Part shown: piece by piece, positions 47,047-47,459 of the stretch
Position numbering within the stretch: the first letter of the stretch is position 1
Layout of the letters: every line of letters begins with the position of its first letter
NCBI GenBank assembly: GCA_031278175.1
Contig: JAITLB010000266.1
Span: forward strand, 1 to 47,459
Direction: 5' to 3'
DNA: 47,459 nt
Source of the DNA: Christensenellaceae bacterium
GTDB lineage: Bacteria > Bacillota > Clostridia > Christensenellales > DTU072
The notes under the pieces: generated by a model
The model's input: only the letters and a program-made list of their open reading frames with translations
Databases searched by the model: none
What the model was told of the DNA's origin: nothing
Position numbers and translations under genes: made by a program

Positions 47047-47459
47047 GAGAATATGCTCTAGTTGTCTATAAAAATGCGATCAGAGCATTCAATCGATTAA
47101 AGTGCTGAAAAGGAATTTACACTTTTATGTAATATTTGCCATCATTTACTAAAAGCAAGTCAAACATCAAATGCTAGATCACATGTGTAAAAGTCTAATA
47201 TGAGTGTGAGTTAGTAGCAATGAAGGTAAAGTCTTTTACTGAACAAAGCAAAACCTTTAAAACTCTTAGAGATTGTTATACTAAGCAAAAAATGAATAAA
47301 GGGACTTTATTATTTAATCTAAATATTGTGTCAAAGGAATCCTGTAAAAGCCTTCATAACTGTTAAAAACATCAAGATGCTTGAGTGTTAGTAGTCTAAA
47401 AAACCAACTCCACTAACGGTAGATGATACCTATTGTATAATCGCTTTGGAGTATTATCG

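Overview
This is an AT-rich bacterial chromosome segment (about mid-30s to 40% GC by eye) that reads under the standard genetic code. It looks most like a low-GC Firmicutes/Mollicutes-related commensal, but lineage cannot be fixed from sequence alone.

1-11.8 kb: an accessory/defence island abutting the 3' end of tRNA-Thr(GGU).
- A DUF4143-type AAA ATPase and an IS1634-like transposase flanked by diverged ~60-nt direct repeats.
- A dead HTH + dcm (5mC methyltransferase) pair.
- An intact type I R-M operon led by a small XRE gene (hsdR, hsdM, half-size hsdS).
- The stump of a further AAA ATPase.

12.6-25.2 kb:
- A membrane-anchored GH30-like glycosidase and a 1954-aa GLUG/MBG-repeat surface protein.
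- A ~3.7-kb GC-rich foreign segment. Nearly every gene in it is broken (AbrB/PIN pair, a tandem winged-helix-module gene, two IS3 orfA fragments). A YhcG/DUF1016-type nuclease is the only intact gene.

26.2-47.0 kb: core functions.
- Citrate synthase and a tightly packed GH20 hexosaminidase / PaaI thioesterase / unknown / PHP hydrolase / GDPD operon.
- Glutamate dehydrogenase, then GT2 plus a UDP-sugar dehydrogenase.
- An F1Fo ATP synthase operon whose delta gene has decayed, with its 3' end fused in frame to atpA.
- The khpA-rimM-trmD-rbgA-rnhB cluster.

Coding density is low, with several 0.5-1.2 kb ORF-free tracts. I found no rRNA and no CRISPR array. I also found no unambiguous novel multi-gene system. 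The best follow-up candidates are:
- the delta-less ATP synthase;
- the XRE-led type I R-M with 11-bp phased operator-like repeats;
- the GH20-to-GDPD operon;
- the eroded GC-rich segment;
- the long ORF-free tracts, which could be decayed genes or large ncRNAs.

All family assignments come from motifs read by eye. No database search was run.
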